Shown here: in pieces, positions 28,822 to 29,183 of the stretch
Layout: each line of letters opens with the position of its first letter
Position numbering within the stretch: the first letter of the stretch is position 1
Source of the DNA: Promethearchaeota archaeon
GTDB lineage: Archaea; Asgardarchaeota; Lokiarchaeia; Sigyniarchaeales; SOKP01
Assembly (NCBI GenBank): GCA_048940645.1
Contig: JBHLOI010000044.1
Location: forward strand, 1-29,183
Length of the DNA stretch: 29,183 nt
Direction of reading: 5' to 3'
Position numbers and translations under genes: made by a program
Notes under the pieces: model-generated
Told to the model about the DNA's origin: nothing
What the model saw: only the letters and a program-made list of their open reading frames with translations
The model's database searches: none

Positions 28822-29183
28822 ATGTCATTAGAATTTCTCAATGCATTTAAATTTTTAAAAAAACAAAGTTTTCTACATAAATTAGATCCACGAACCAAAT
28901 TATTACTTGCTATAATTTATACTATAAACTCTTTATTATTTACAGAAATTATACCATTATTTTTGGTTTTTTTAACTTTAATTCCTCTAATTCTAATAGG
29001 CAAGTTGTTTAAACAGTGGATAAAGAGTATTCGAGGACTTTCATTTCTCTATTTAATTATTATAATTTTAAACACATTATTTATAGAAAAAAAAGGTTTT
29101 TCATTTGCAATTTCAATGGTAATAAGGATTTCTATAATGATTTCTGCTTTCTCGATATTTTTTTTGACGGTGGATCCTAATGA
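28822..29183 (+). CDS. ecfT: ECF transporter transmembrane component EcfT (partial, runs off the window)
   Basis: MSLEFLNAFKFLKKQSFLHKLDPRTKLLL... followed by hydrophobic helices; not in the ORF track because it has no stop. Confidence 0.88.
   Translation, partial: MSLEFLNAFKFLKKQSFLHKLDPRTKLLLAIIYTINSLLFTEIIPLFLVFLTLIPLILIGKLFKQWIKSIRGLSFLYLIIIILNTLFIEKKGFSFAISMVIRISIMISAFSIFFLTVDPN

Noticed and set aside
1-29183. CRISPR array, rRNA, transposase or integrase
   Set aside because: No regularly spaced repeats, long GC-rich RNA tracts or mobile-element motifs were seen.

Overview
AT-rich archaeal chromosomal window, most likely from an Asgard (Lokiarchaeia-like) genome. It encodes a profilin-like protein, GatDE, TFB, fibrillarin/Nop5, a proteasome-exosome superoperon and intron-containing tRNAs. 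Most of it is housekeeping: HTH regulator, rnhB, flpA/nop5, pyrD/pyrK, elp3, gatE/gatD, rpl2, tfb, four tRNAs, psmA-SBDS-rrp4-rrp41-rrp42-rpl37ae-pcc1-pfdB-DHH, and ECF transporter genes. The standout feature is in the RNase HII gene. A 30-nt, stop-containing insert (1120-1149) splits the catalytic motif GIDEAGR/GPVLGP and folds as a bulge-helix-bulge (BHB) splice substrate. The predicted cut sites restore the reading frame and the motif exactly, which points to a tRNA-type intron in an mRNA. It shares its splice-site context (TGGTAG^AG) and geometry with a non-canonical D-arm intron in tRNA-Ser(GCT) in the same window. Also notable: tandem RHH-HisKA-REC proteins with no ATPase domain, an atypical JAMM protein, and candidate structured intergenic RNAs. 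All calls come from reading the sequence and recalled family motifs; no searches were run.
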